Shown: positions 19,163 through 29,028, numbered from the stretch's first letter. The stretch: DNA of 64,000 bases from an uncultured Spirochaetales bacterium (GCA_944390865.1 CALXRC010000003.1:52037-116036); one strand, 5' to 3'. The notes: a model not told the origin generated them from the letters alone. A program made the numbers and translations.

Positions 19163-19624
19163 ATGAACCGTGAGTATCTTTACATTGAGACAATGTTCAG
19201 CAGGGCAGGCGATCTGGCTCAGCGCTACAGAAAGGATATGGAAAAGAGCTTTGCCAGGATCTGCGGCTATTCTGCTGCCCAGGTGAAGGTGCTTGTGCAC
19301 ATGAACCGCAGCGGAGGAACAATCCTGCAGAAGGAAATCGACTCGCTTCTCTCGCTCTCAAGACCGACTGTCTCAATAATGGTTGACCAGCTGGTCGAAG
19401 CTGGCGTAATCTGCCGTGATGAGGCTGATTCAGACAAGAGGCTGAAGAAGCTTTCTCTGACTCCTGCCGGAGATGCAATAGCCAGAAAGGCCGCAGGAGC
19501 ACTGAATGCCTACTATAAGAAGTTTGCGGAAAACCTGAGCAGGCAGGAAATAGAGGCATTCTCGTCAACATTGAACAAAATGAATCTTATTTTGGAGATA
19601 AACAGTGATCAAACTACTTTCTAA
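19163..19624 (+). CDS. MarR-family transcriptional regulator
   Basis: QKEI...LSRPTVS.MVDQL and DKRLKKLSLT winged-helix motifs. Confidence 0.88.
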   Translation: MNREYLYIETMFSRAGDLAQRYRKDMEKSFARICGYSAAQVKVLVHMNRSGGTILQKEIDSLLSLSRPTVSIMVDQLVEAGVICRDEADSDKRLKKLSLTPAGDAIARKAAGALNAYYKKFAENLSRQEIEAFSSTLNKMNLILEINSDQTTF

Positions 19625-21341
19625 GAGTATTAGAGAGTACAAGAAGCCCGCACTGCTGACACCAGTGCTGATGATAGGAGAAGTAGCCATGGAGGTGTTA
19701 ATACCAATGCTCATGGCTCTTATTATTGATAATGGTGTCTATGCGGGAGACATGGATTACATCGTCAGGATGAGCATCCTGATTGTGATCTCAGCTGTGC
19801 TTTCACTCTCTTTCGGTGTTGCAGGAGCCTTCAGCGCCGCAAAGGCCTCCTCCGGCTTTGCAAAGAACCTGCGGCATGACATTTTCTATCACCTGCAGGA
19901 TTTCTCTTTCAGGAACATTGACTCATTCTCGACAAGCAGTCTCATCACAAGAATGACGACAGACGTGCAGAATGTGCAGATGGCCTTCCAGATGATGACG
20001 CGCATCTGTTTCCGTGCTCCTGTGATGTTCATCTTCGCCATCATCATGGTGGCAAATACAGGGGGAAGCCTTGTTGCCATCTTCGCTGTTGCGATTCCTG
20101 TAATCGGTGTCCTTGTCTATCTGCTGATGCGCAGGGTGCATCCCATCTTCAACAGGGTTTTCAAAAACTACGACAAGCTGAACAGGGTCGTTGAGGAAAA
20201 CCTTACAGGCATAAGGACTGTCAAGGCCTATGTCAGGGAAGAGCATCAGATTGACAAGTTCAATGAATCAAGCGCATCAATCAGAAACGACTTTGTCAGG
20301 GCACAGCGTCTCATGGCCCTGATGAATCCGATGGTCCAGGCGGTCGCTTACTGCTGCATGCTTGCCATCTGCTGGTTCGGAGCCCACCTGATCATGTCAG
20401 GAGAGATGGGCACAGGACAGCTTATGTCGACATTCACATACACGATGCAGATTCTCTCTTCCCTGATCATGATCGCAATGATCATCACGATGATGTCTAT
20501 CTCACGTGCTTCCGGCGAGCGTATTGCTGAAGTGCTCTCTACAAAGGCTGACATGGAGCTTGACGGCCCTGGTCTGAAAGAGGTCGCCAACGGAGACATC
20601 GAGTTTGACAATGTCAGCTTCTCCTATGGAGGAAAGGGACAGGCTCTCTGTCTGAAGGACATCAACCTGAAGATCAAGTCCGGCCAGATGGTCGGCGTTC
20701 TGGGCACTACGGGAAGCGGAAAGAGCTCTCTGGTCTCCCTTATCGCACGCCTTTATGACACTACAGAGGGAAGCGTGAAGGTCGGTGACCATGATGTCAG
20801 GGAATACAATCTCACAGCTCTGCGCAACAGGGTCGCTGTCGTGCTCCAGAAGAACACGCTGTTTTCCGGAACTGTCAGAAGCAATCTGCAGTGGGGAAAC
20901 AAGGATGCCAGCGACGAGGAGATGATAAGGGCGCTGAAAATTGCCAATGCTGACTTCATCTTCACGGCCAAGGACGGACTTGACAGTGTGGTGGAGCAGG
21001 GCGGAAACAATTTCTCAGGCGGCCAGAAGCAGAGACTGTGCATTGCACGCGCGCTGCTGAAAGATCCCCGCGTCATCATCTTCGATGACTCAACCAGTGC
21101 GGTTGACACTGCCACTGACTCTCAGATCCGCCAGGCTCTGAGGACTGATGTCAGGGGTGCGACAAAAATTATCATTTCTCAACGTGTGAACTCTGTCATT
21201 GATGCAGACATGATCATCATGATGGAGAATGGAAGAATACAGGACTGCGGAACTCATGACGAGCTGATGAGCCGGAATGAAGTCTATCAGTCGCTGGTAC
21301 GCGTTCAGCTGGGAGGTTCAAATGCCGGGTCCGATGAATAG
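19605..21341 (+). CDS. heterodimeric ABC exporter subunit (TMD+NBD)
   Basis: Six TM segments, GTTGSGKS, FSGGQKQR, and a degenerate site (IFDDST, Q in place of the H switch). Confidence 0.92.
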   Translation: MIKLLSKSIREYKKPALLTPVLMIGEVAMEVLIPMLMALIIDNGVYAGDMDYIVRMSILIVISAVLSLSFGVAGAFSAAKASSGFAKNLRHDIFYHLQDFSFRNIDSFSTSSLITRMTTDVQNVQMAFQMMTRICFRAPVMFIFAIIMVANTGGSLVAIFAVAIPVIGVLVYLLMRRVHPIFNRVFKNYDKLNRVVEENLTGIRTVKAYVREEHQIDKFNESSASIRNDFVRAQRLMALMNPMVQAVAYCCMLAICWFGAHLIMSGEMGTGQLMSTFTYTMQILSSLIMIAMIITMMSISRASGERIAEVLSTKADMELDGPGLKEVANGDIEFDNVSFSYGGKGQALCLKDINLKIKSGQMVGVLGTTGSGKSSLVSLIARLYDTTEGSVKVGDHDVREYNLTALRNRVAVVLQKNTLFSGTVRSNLQWGNKDASDEEMIRALKIANADFIFTAKDGLDSVVEQGGNNFSGGQKQRLCIARALLKDPRVIIFDDSTSAVDTATDSQIRQALRTDVRGATKIIISQRVNSVIDADMIIMMENGRIQDCGTHDELMSRNEVYQSLVRVQLGGSNAGSDE

Positions 21342-23235
21342 AAGTCTGCGCGGAGGCTCGACGGTAAAGCACGGCAAGAAGACTTTTGCCAGACTATTCA
21401 AAGAGGTTTTCAGGGGCAACGCCCTTAAGCTTGCCGTTGTGCTTGTCTGCATTCTTGTCTCATCAATGGTCACTGTCTTTGTGTCCAACATGATTGAGAC
21501 GCTTATTGACAGTTACATCACGCCGCTGATTACGGGCAGCATGACTGACTTCGGCCAGCTTGCAAAGGCCATCGTGATGTGGGCTGCGGTAATGGCGGCC
21601 GGAGTGCTCAGCGTCTTCATATATTCCAGAATCATGGTCACGATTGCTCAGGATGCCCTGATGAATATAAGGAACAAGATGTTTGAGAAGCTTGAGCATC
21701 TTCCTATCTCTTACTATGACCAGACGCAGCACGGTGCGACAATGTCCCTGTTCACGAATGATGCCGATACCCTGCAGCAGATGATAAGCCAGTCTCTTGT
21801 CGGCGTCGTCTCATCGCTGCTGACTGTGATCATGGTCTTTTCTGCCATGCTTGCCAACAGCTGGAGGCTGACGATTGTCGTTGTGGCTGCGACTGTTGTC
21901 ATGTTCTACGTGACAAAGGTCGTTGCCGGAAAGAGCTCAAAGAACTTTGTTGCCCAGCAGGCAAACCTTGCCCGCGTCAACGGCTTCATCGAAGAGATGA
22001 TCAACGGAAGCAAGGTCGTGAAGGTCTTCTGTCATGAGAATGAGAGCGAGAAGGACTTCGATGTCATCAATGAGGCTCTGTGCCAGACAATGACAAAGGC
22101 CGGAGGCTATTCGAATGTCATGGGACCGATCACGATGAACATCGGAAACCTGCAGTACGTCCTGCTTGTCTTCATCGGTTCTGCCATCTGCCTTATGGGC
22201 GGAGGCTTTGCAGCAGGCTACACAGTCGGAATGCTGGCCGCTTTCCTGCAGCTGTCCAGAAGCTTCGCAAATCCGATCAGCCAGATAAGCCAGCAGGCCA
22301 ACTTCGTGCTGCAGGCCCTTGCCGGTGCCGAGCGAATCTTTGAGTTCCTTGACAGAGAAGACGAGACTGACAACGGCTATGTCACTCTGGTCAACAGCAC
22401 GACTGATGAGAACGGAAATGTGACGGAAAGCAGCAGCCGCACAGGCAGCTGGGCCTGGAAGCACCCTCATACAGACGGCTCTCCTGTGACTTACACTCCG
22501 CTTGCAGGGGATATAGAGATGCATGAGGTTGACTTCGGCTACACGCAGGACAAGACTGTCCTTCATGATATCACGCTGTATGCGAAGCCTGGGCAGAAGA
22601 TCGCCTTCGTCGGCTCGACAGGAGCAGGCAAGACAACGATCACAAACCTGCTCAACCGCTTCTACGACATCCAGGACGGCAAGATACGTTTTGACGGCAT
22701 CAACATAAACAAAATCAAGAAGGATGATCTGAGGCATTCTCTTGGAATGATTCTTCAGGACACGCATCTCTTTTCGGGAACGATCATGGAGAACATCAGG
22801 TTTGGAAAGCTTGATGCCACAGACGACGAGGTCATTGCCGCCGCCAAGCTTGCAAATGCTCATGAATTCATCATGATGATGCCTGACGGCTACAACACTA
22901 TGATCGAGAATGACGGAGAAGGGCTGTCTCAGGGACAGCGCCAGCTGCTGTCAATTGCCCGTGCCGCAGTCTGCGATCCTCCTGTGCTTGTCATGGATGA
23001 GGCGACCAGCAGCATTGACACGCATACAGAAGCCCTTGTCCAGTCAGGCATGGACCGTCTCATGGAGGGACGTACAGTCTTCGTCATAGCTCACAGGCTC
23101 TCGACAGTGCGCAACAGCAACTGCATCATGGTCCTTGATCATGGAAGGATCATCGAGCGAGGCACGCATGATGAGCTGATTGCCGCTAAGGGCACTTATT
23201 ACCAGCTCTACACCGGAGCCTTTGAGCTCGAGTGA
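21322..23235 (+). CDS. heterodimeric ABC exporter subunit (TMD+NBD)
   Basis: GSTGAGKT, LSQGQRQ, MDEATS, IAHRLST. Start ATG 21322 with GGAGG RBS. Confidence 0.92.
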   Translation: MPGPMNRSLRGGSTVKHGKKTFARLFKEVFRGNALKLAVVLVCILVSSMVTVFVSNMIETLIDSYITPLITGSMTDFGQLAKAIVMWAAVMAAGVLSVFIYSRIMVTIAQDALMNIRNKMFEKLEHLPISYYDQTQHGATMSLFTNDADTLQQMISQSLVGVVSSLLTVIMVFSAMLANSWRLTIVVVAATVVMFYVTKVVAGKSSKNFVAQQANLARVNGFIEEMINGSKVVKVFCHENESEKDFDVINEALCQTMTKAGGYSNVMGPITMNIGNLQYVLLVFIGSAICLMGGGFAAGYTVGMLAAFLQLSRSFANPISQISQQANFVLQALAGAERIFEFLDREDETDNGYVTLVNSTTDENGNVTESSSRTGSWAWKHPHTDGSPVTYTPLAGDIEMHEVDFGYTQDKTVLHDITLYAKPGQKIAFVGSTGAGKTTITNLLNRFYDIQDGKIRFDGININKIKKDDLRHSLGMILQDTHLFSGTIMENIRFGKLDATDDEVIAAAKLANAHEFIMMMPDGYNTMIENDGEGLSQGQRQLLSIARAAVCDPPVLVMDEATSSIDTHTEALVQSGMDRLMEGRTVFVIAHRLSTVRNSNCIMVLDHGRIIERGTHDELIAAKGTYYQLYTGAFELE

Positions 23236-23242
23236 ACAAAAT

Positions 23243-23272
23243 ACGGGCTCTGCGTGATGCGCAGAGCCCGTT
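23243..23272. terminator. hairpin terminator between convergent genes
   Basis: ACGGGCTCTGCG-TGATG-CGCAGAGCCCGT inverted repeat. Confidence 0.7.
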
Positions 23273-23305
23273 GTGTCAGTAAATCATTGTCTAAATTCCT
23301 GATTC

Positions 23306-24160
23306 TCAGGCGCAGGTGTATTTTCTGCCGCCTACAATAATCTCAGCTTTGCTGTTCTTGTCATCCCTGATGATCTGGGAGACCGCGGGAAGCGAGATCT
23401 TTCCGCCGGCGGGGTTCTTGATGCTTATCATCTCGCTGAGCACAACAGCCTCAACTTCGCTTTTTTCGAAGGCGAGGTCAGCTTCCTCCATCCTGCAGTC
23501 AATCAGCTTCAGTCCCCTGCAGTAGCACAGCGGCTGGGTTCCGATGATCGTGCAGTTGTCAAAGGTCACGTTCTCGCAGTACCAGGCCAGGTATTCTCCG
23601 CGTACAGTGCAGTTTTTCACGACAACATTCTTTGCATGCCAGAAAGCATCCTTGGTATTGAAATTGCAGTCTTCAAAGACAGCATTCTCAATGTACTGGA
23701 ATGAGTACTTGCCTGTGAAGTCTACATTAGAGAAATGAAGGTTGCTGCTGCGCATCATGAAGTACTCGCTTTCTGCCTTTGAGTCCTTCATCTCCACCGA
23801 ACTGCAGTTCCAGCCGAACTCAGGAGAGATAATGTCGCAGTTTGTGATCCTGACATTTCTGCATTCCCTGAGCGCCTTTATGCCATGAAGCTTTGTGCCT
23901 TCGATTTCAATGTTGTCGGAATACCACAGCGCGGCCCGGCAGAACTCTGTCATCGTGCTGTTCCTGACAATGAGATTGTGATCATGCCAGAGGGGGTAGC
24001 GCAGGTTGAAAAGCGTGTCATCGGCTTCAATGTTCCTGCTTTCCTTCAATGCGCTTTCTCCGTCTGCAGGGCCTGTGAAGGCACAGGACCTGATGAGAAG
24101 CCCGTCGGATCCGTAAAGCGCCCTTTCCTGATCAAAGCTCTGGTGTTCTATTTTCCTCAT
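23306..24160 (-). CDS. DUF3737-family beta-helix protein
   Basis: ERALYG, DGESALKE, LRYPLWH, TKDAFWH, GEYLAWY, QPLCYC motifs. Confidence 0.85.
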   Translation of the reverse strand: MRKIEHQSFDQERALYGSDGLLIRSCAFTGPADGESALKESRNIEADDTLFNLRYPLWHDHNLIVRNSTMTEFCRAALWYSDNIEIEGTKLHGIKALRECRNVRITNCDIISPEFGWNCSSVEMKDSKAESEYFMMRSSNLHFSNVDFTGKYSFQYIENAVFEDCNFNTKDAFWHAKNVVVKNCTVRGEYLAWYCENVTFDNCTIIGTQPLCYCRGLKLIDCRMEEADLAFEKSEVEAVVLSEMISIKNPAGGKISLPAVSQIIRDDKNSKAEIIVGGRKYTCA

Positions 24161-24383
24161 CTGTTTCTCTCTCCCTTTCCAGTGAGTATTTCAGGTAGTC
24201 AAGAGAAGATATCTTCCTCTCTCCTTCGTGGACAGTCCTGAGCAGCCTGTCTCGCTGCCTGTCTATTATCCTGAGCTGTCCGGCGAAGTTGCCCTCACTC
24301 TCACACTTCATATATTCATTTATAGATTTCTCGCTGCATCCGGCCTGGCACAGGCAGGCCCTGCAGTCTTCTTTCTTTATCAT
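24132..24383 (-). CDS. small hypothetical protein (83 aa, helical)
   Basis: MIKKEDCRACLCQAGCSE...QRDRLL..VHEGE.KISSLDYLKY; overlaps the DUF3737 start and is divergent from the LysR gene. Confidence 0.65.
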   Translation of the reverse strand: MIKKEDCRACLCQAGCSEKSINEYMKCESEGNFAGQLRIIDRQRDRLLRTVHEGERKISSLDYLKYSLERERETDEENRTPEL

Positions 24384-24442
24384 ACCGCCAAGTTTAATAA
24401 AACTGCTGTTGAATAGCAAATACTTTGTGTTTATCATTATCG

Positions 24443-24457
24443 ATAGGTTTTACCTAT
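24443..24457. promoter_or_regulatory. LysR-type binding box (T-N11-A)
   Basis: ATAGGT-TTT-ACCTAT perfect dyad between the divergent genes. Confidence 0.6.
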
Positions 24458-24468
24458 AGGAGTTCACA

Positions 24469-25485
24469 GTGGAATTAAGAGTGCTCCGCTACTTTCTTGC
24501 TGTTGCCAGGGAACAGAGTATTTCCCGTGCAGCTGAGGTGCTGAACATCACGCAGCCGACTTTGTCGACACAGCTGAAGGATCTTGAGGATGAGATTGGC
24601 CATCAGCTTCTCATACGCGGTTCAAGAAAGATCACGCTGACGGAAGAAGGCATGATTCTGAGAAAGCGTGCGGAAGAGATAATCGATCTTGTCCTGAGAA
24701 CCGAGCGCGAGCTGTCTGGAGATGATGAGAATGTGGCAGGAGAGATCCACATTGCGATGGGCGAGACTGCCTTTATGAAGTACTTTGCACTGGCAGCGAA
24801 ACTGCTGAAGGAGTCCTGTCCTGACATCAGCTACAGGATCTCAAGCGGCAATTCCCAGTTTGTGATCGAGCAGCTGGACAAGGGGCTTGCTGACTTCGGC
24901 CTCATCTTCGCCGACGCAGACCCGACCCGTTATGAGAAGCTGGTCGTTCCCGTCTTTGAGCGCTGGGGCGTGCTGATGCCTGCCGGCCACCCCCTGAGCC
25001 GCAGGAGCGTTATCAGGGCAGAGGATCTGATTGATCAGCCTCTGATCATAAGCCAGCAGGAAAACGCCCGCAAGAACATCGAGCAGTGGTTCGGGCTGCC
25101 GCTTACAAAGCTCAATATCGCGGCCAGCTACAATCTTGTGCTCAATGCAAGCTTCCTGACTGAAGAGCATTTCGGCCTGACGCTGACCTTTGACGGCCTG
25201 CTGGATCTGAATGAGAGGTCTTCCCTGTGTTTCCGTCCTCTCGAGCCGAGGATGGAAAGCGGAGCCTTCATCATCTGGAAGAAATATCAGGTGATGAGCA
25301 GGGCTTCCCGCCGTTTCCTGTCACAGCTCACCAGACTCATCGCTTCTCTCAGAAAAGAAGCTGAGCAGCATGCCGGCCAGCAGCAGAAGGGCGCCGCACA
25401 GGAGCCAGGGAGAGAAGCTGCCGTAGAAGACAGCATCAATCACCACGCTTGTGATGATCTGTCCCGCAGACATGAGAAGGGATGA
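24469..25485 (+). CDS. LysR-family transcriptional regulator
   Basis: MELRVLRYFLAVAREQSISRAAEVLNITQPTLS HTH and substrate-binding domain. Confidence 0.95.
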   Translation: MELRVLRYFLAVAREQSISRAAEVLNITQPTLSTQLKDLEDEIGHQLLIRGSRKITLTEEGMILRKRAEEIIDLVLRTERELSGDDENVAGEIHIAMGETAFMKYFALAAKLLKESCPDISYRISSGNSQFVIEQLDKGLADFGLIFADADPTRYEKLVVPVFERWGVLMPAGHPLSRRSVIRAEDLIDQPLIISQQENARKNIEQWFGLPLTKLNIAASYNLVLNASFLTEEHFGLTLTFDGLLDLNERSSLCFRPLEPRMESGAFIIWKKYQVMSRASRRFLSQLTRLIASLRKEAEQHAGQQQKGAAQEPGREAAVEDSINHHACDDLSRRHEKG

Positions 25486-26235
25486 CCACAGGGCGGGCAC
25501 CATGGGAATTATCAGGTTGGATGAGACCACAACTGCGACAGCCAGTATCCCTCCAAGACAGGCTGCAGGCAGTGACACGCCGCTTAGTGCCATGAAGCCT
25601 TTTGCCGTCTCATCCGGCAGCAGGACAAAGGCATAGGCGAGTGTGCCGAGAAGACCGGAGAGCGCATTCTGCCTGGCTGAGAATATTGCTCCCTTTTTCT
25701 TCGCGAAGCTTGAGTTGTAGCACATCTGAAGCATTGTCAGCACGCCGGCTCCGATGCCCATGAGCACATAAAGCAGGCTTGCGCTTCCTCCGCGTGCGAA
25801 GGTCATCACGAAGATTCCGGAAAACGAGACCAGCGCAGAGAGGGCCTTCCTGGTGCTGAAGCTTCTCTTCTTCATATGAAAAAAGCCGCCCAGGTCAAGA
25901 ATGAGTCCGGTCATGGACTGCCCGAAGACTGCCGCCGCCATGGCCAGCGCCGCTCCTATGTTGAGAACGCTGTAGAAGTTCGCGATCATTATCAGGACGC
26001 CGAAAAGGCCTCCGAAATACATGTACCAGCGGCTTTTCTGCCTTGGCGGACAGATGAGAGCGCTTTTCCTTCCTGCCGCAAGCATGACTGTAGTCAGCAA
26101 GACTCCGATTGCCTGGTTGACGCTCATCGAGACTTCGTTGCTTGTCAGGGCTCCGAGATTTGTGTTTGCCACGACCATTATGCTGATGATGCCGCCTGTG
26201 GCAAAAGCCGCAATCAGGGCAGAATACTTTCTCAT
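25321..26235 (-). CDS. DMT-superfamily transporter (duplicated YdcZ/DUF606-like)
   Basis: About 10 TM segments in two repeats (YFGGLFGV..FGQ..D and LGGILAV..AGQ..D). Confidence 0.8.
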   Translation of the reverse strand: MRKYSALIAAFATGGIISIMVVANTNLGALTSNEVSMSVNQAIGVLLTTVMLAAGRKSALICPPRQKSRWYMYFGGLFGVLIMIANFYSVLNIGAALAMAAAVFGQSMTGLILDLGGFFHMKKRSFSTRKALSALVSFSGIFVMTFARGGSASLLYVLMGIGAGVLTMLQMCYNSSFAKKKGAIFSARQNALSGLLGTLAYAFVLLPDETAKGFMALSGVSLPAACLGGILAVAVVVSSNLIIPMVPALWSSLLMSAGQIITSVVIDAVFYGSFSPWLLCGALLLLAGMLLSFFSERSDESGEL

Positions 26236-26441
26236 ACACCAGCATTTTTGAATAAAGTCAGCAAGAAAGCAACTGATTTTTCAGCCGGCCGGATGGTTTT
26301 CACACTCCTTCTGGCTTCTGCCGGCACCCTGTCGCAATGCCAGATGAGACAGGCAGCGGGCATCCCCGTCTGCATCCTCTGTGCGCGCAATTGAATGCTC
26401 TTGCTTTTTTTCGTATGATTTACCTGTCTCTGGAGGTTGAT

Positions 26442-27053
26442 ATGGAAGTTGTCTGTCTTGATCTTGAAGGCGTGCTGGTGCCTGAAATCTGGATTGCATT
26501 CTCTCAGAAAACTGGAATAGCGGAGCTGTCCCGCACCACACGTGATGAACCTGATTACAATGTGCTGATGAATTACCGTCTGGAGATTCTTGAGAAAAAC
26601 AATCTCAGGCTCAGGGACATACAGGATGTCATTGCCTCAATAAGGCCGCTTGAAGGTGCAAAGGACTTCCTTGACGAGCTGAGGAGCCTGACCCAGGTGA
26701 TAATCCTTTCTGACACATTCAGGGAGTTTGCCTCTCCTCTGATGAGGCAGCTGGACTGGCCTGCAATCTTCTGCAACAGCCTGACTGTTGACAGCGAGGG
26801 CAGGATCACAGGCTTCAGGCTGCGCCAGCAGGACGGCAAGCGCAAGGCTGTTGAGCATCTCAGGCTCATGGGCTTCAGGACCTTTGCCGCAGGAGACAGC
26901 TATAATGATCTTTCCATGATAATGGCCGCAGACAGCGGCTCGCTGTTCCGCGCCCCTGAGAATATTCTTTCAGAATACCCTCAGCTGCATCTTTCGACGA
27001 CGTATGATGATTTTCTGAATACTATCAGGAGTTTCCTTGATGAAAGAGAATGA
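26442..27053 (+). CDS. thrH: bifunctional phosphoserine phosphatase/homoserine phosphotransferase
   Basis: CLDLEGVLVPEIW, TTRDEPDY, ILSDTF, AAGDSYND. GGAGG RBS and TTGAAT-N17-TATGAT promoter. Confidence 0.93.
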   Translation: MEVVCLDLEGVLVPEIWIAFSQKTGIAELSRTTRDEPDYNVLMNYRLEILEKNNLRLRDIQDVIASIRPLEGAKDFLDELRSLTQVIILSDTFREFASPLMRQLDWPAIFCNSLTVDSEGRITGFRLRQQDGKRKAVEHLRLMGFRTFAAGDSYNDLSMIMAADSGSLFRAPENILSEYPQLHLSTTYDDFLNTIRSFLDERE

Positions 27054-27252
27054 TCCTGTCAAAGGACTGTGGCCGGCAGTTGTCATACTGCTTGCCGGCA
27101 TGACCACAGGCTTCATCCTGCTCTCGCTCGTATACACAGGGCCTGTCTGGGTGAAGGTCGTGGTCTTCGTAATATACCTTGTGGTTGCGGCCGGCCTTGT
27201 CACAGGCGTCAAGCGCTTTACGGACAAGGCCGGGAAAGACAGGCAGGACTGA
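27037..27252 (+). CDS. small two-TM membrane protein
   Basis: Two hydrophobic helices; overlaps the thrH end; AGGAG upstream. Confidence 0.55.
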   Translation: MMKENDPVKGLWPAVVILLAGMTTGFILLSLVYTGPVWVKVVVFVIYLVVAAGLVTGVKRFTDKAGKDRQD

Positions 27253-27257
27253 CTGAG

Positions 27258-28397
27258 TCAGTTCAGCAGTCTCAGCAGTGAGGCTGTCCTGTCCGGGTTG
27301 ACTGCCTCCCAGCTCTGACCTGTCGCGAAATGGCCGAAACGTGCTGTGTCGGCATAGATCGGACGCCTCAGGTCAAACTCGTCAATTATGCCTTTCGGGG
27401 TCAGGTCCCAGTTGTCAGTGATCCAGTCTGCAAGCCTGTCGTCAGGAATCCTGCAGGTGGAGAACGTATCTGCAAAAATGCTGACAGGATGGCTGATCCC
27501 TATTGCCCAGGCAAGCTGGACCAGAGCCTGCTTCGCCGCTCCTGACTTTACGATTGTAAGTGCTATGTTGCGTGCAAGATAGCTTGCGCTGCGGTCGACT
27601 TTTGTCGGATCCTTGCCGGAAAAGGCTCCTCCTCCGTGAGGAGCATAGCCTGAGTAGGTGTCCGCAATGATCTTTCTTCCTGTAAGGCCTGTGTCAGCTG
27701 CAGGACCTCCAAGCACGAAGCGTCCTGTCGGGTTGATGAAGAACTTTGTGTCCCTGTCAATGAGACTGTCTGGGATGACCTGTGAGATGACTTTGCTGTA
27801 CAGCACCTCTCTCAGCTGCCCGATCTCAATATCCTCATCGTGCTGGGCTGAAAGTACTATCGTGTCGATGCGCCTGATCTTCCCCTCATCGTACTCAATG
27901 CTGACCTGGCTCTTGCCGTCAGGGCGGAGGAAGGGGATGCTGCCGTCTTCTCTTGCATCAGTGAGCTTCTGAGTCAGCTTTCTTGCAAGCACATGGGCAA
28001 GCGGAAGACCTTCCTCTGTCTCGTCAGTCGCATAGCCGAACATGATGCCCTGATCTCCGGCACCGATTGAGGCTGCCGAGTCAACTCCTCTGGCTATGTC
28101 GGGCGACTGGCTGTGGATGGAGACGACTACCGGGGTCCTGTCCGTGAACAGATACTCATCCTCAGTCCATCCTGCGCGCCTGATGGCTTTCCTTGCCTCC
28201 TGCTCGTAGTCGACATTGGCCTTTGTGGTCACTTCTCCCATGACATGCACAAAGTCCGGCGATGCCGTGCATTCGACAGCAGCCCTTGACAGCGGATCCT
28301 CTCTGAGCAGGGCGTCAAGCACGCTGTCTGATATCTGATCGCAGACCTTGTCCGGATGCCCGGCTGTCACGGATTCGCATGAAACGATTCTTTTCAT
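27258..28397 (-). CDS. metK: S-adenosylmethionine synthetase
   Basis: ESVTAGHPDK, GAGDQG, GGGAFSGKD and TKVDRS. Start ATG 28397. Confidence 0.97.
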   Translation of the reverse strand: MKRIVSCESVTAGHPDKVCDQISDSVLDALLREDPLSRAAVECTASPDFVHVMGEVTTKANVDYEQEARKAIRRAGWTEDEYLFTDRTPVVVSIHSQSPDIARGVDSAASIGAGDQGIMFGYATDETEEGLPLAHVLARKLTQKLTDAREDGSIPFLRPDGKSQVSIEYDEGKIRRIDTIVLSAQHDEDIEIGQLREVLYSKVISQVIPDSLIDRDTKFFINPTGRFVLGGPAADTGLTGRKIIADTYSGYAPHGGGAFSGKDPTKVDRSASYLARNIALTIVKSGAAKQALVQLAWAIGISHPVSIFADTFSTCRIPDDRLADWITDNWDLTPKGIIDEFDLRRPIYADTARFGHFATGQSWEAVNPDRTASLLRLLN

Positions 28398-28671
28398 TTT
28401 TTCACCTTTCACTTCTGGATTCGCACTTCTGGTCTGCGTGAATGAAAAGTGACATGCACAGGGACTGTGAGTCAATGTGCAGCCGGCTGTCTTTGTCAGA
28501 AATACAGACAGAAGCGGCAGCTTTGTCTGATTTTACCCTGACCGCTGGCCGTTGACTGGAAGAGAATAATGTAGCTGATTGTGACAGGCGCAAACATTTT
28601 GCTTGACATAAGAACAAAAACTGCTATATTCCCCTTATGATTAAAGAGGAGCAGACAAGGGGGAAAAAACA

Positions 28672-29028
28672 ATGGATGCCGCTTTTATTGAAGAAATGAA
28701 AGAATTGTTGTATAAGGAGCGCAAGGAAATCCAGGACAGGATGAACGGCGAGAATTCCAGCTTCAAGGAAGAGGGCGCAACAGGCAGGGGTGACAGTGTT
28801 GATCTTGCTTCTGACGAAGGTGCTTTCAAGAAGATGGAAGCGTTAAATGCGATGGACGCCAGACGCCTTACAGCCGTTGAGAACGCTCTCAAGAGGATAA
28901 GCGAAAACAAGTATGGAATCTGCCTGAAGTGCGGAAAGAAGATCCCTGAGGACAGGCTGCGTGCAATGCCTTCTGCAGTGCTCTGCATTGACTGCAAGAG
29001 CGCAGAGGAGAAAAGGCGCTTAAATTAA
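28672..29028 (+). CDS. dksA: TraR/DksA C4 zinc-finger protein
   Basis: Coiled coil with DSVDLA tip and YGICLKCG..I...RL.AMP....CIDC. Confidence 0.85.
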   Translation: MDAAFIEEMKELLYKERKEIQDRMNGENSSFKEEGATGRGDSVDLASDEGAFKKMEALNAMDARRLTAVENALKRISENKYGICLKCGKKIPEDRLRAMPSAVLCIDCKSAEEKRRLN

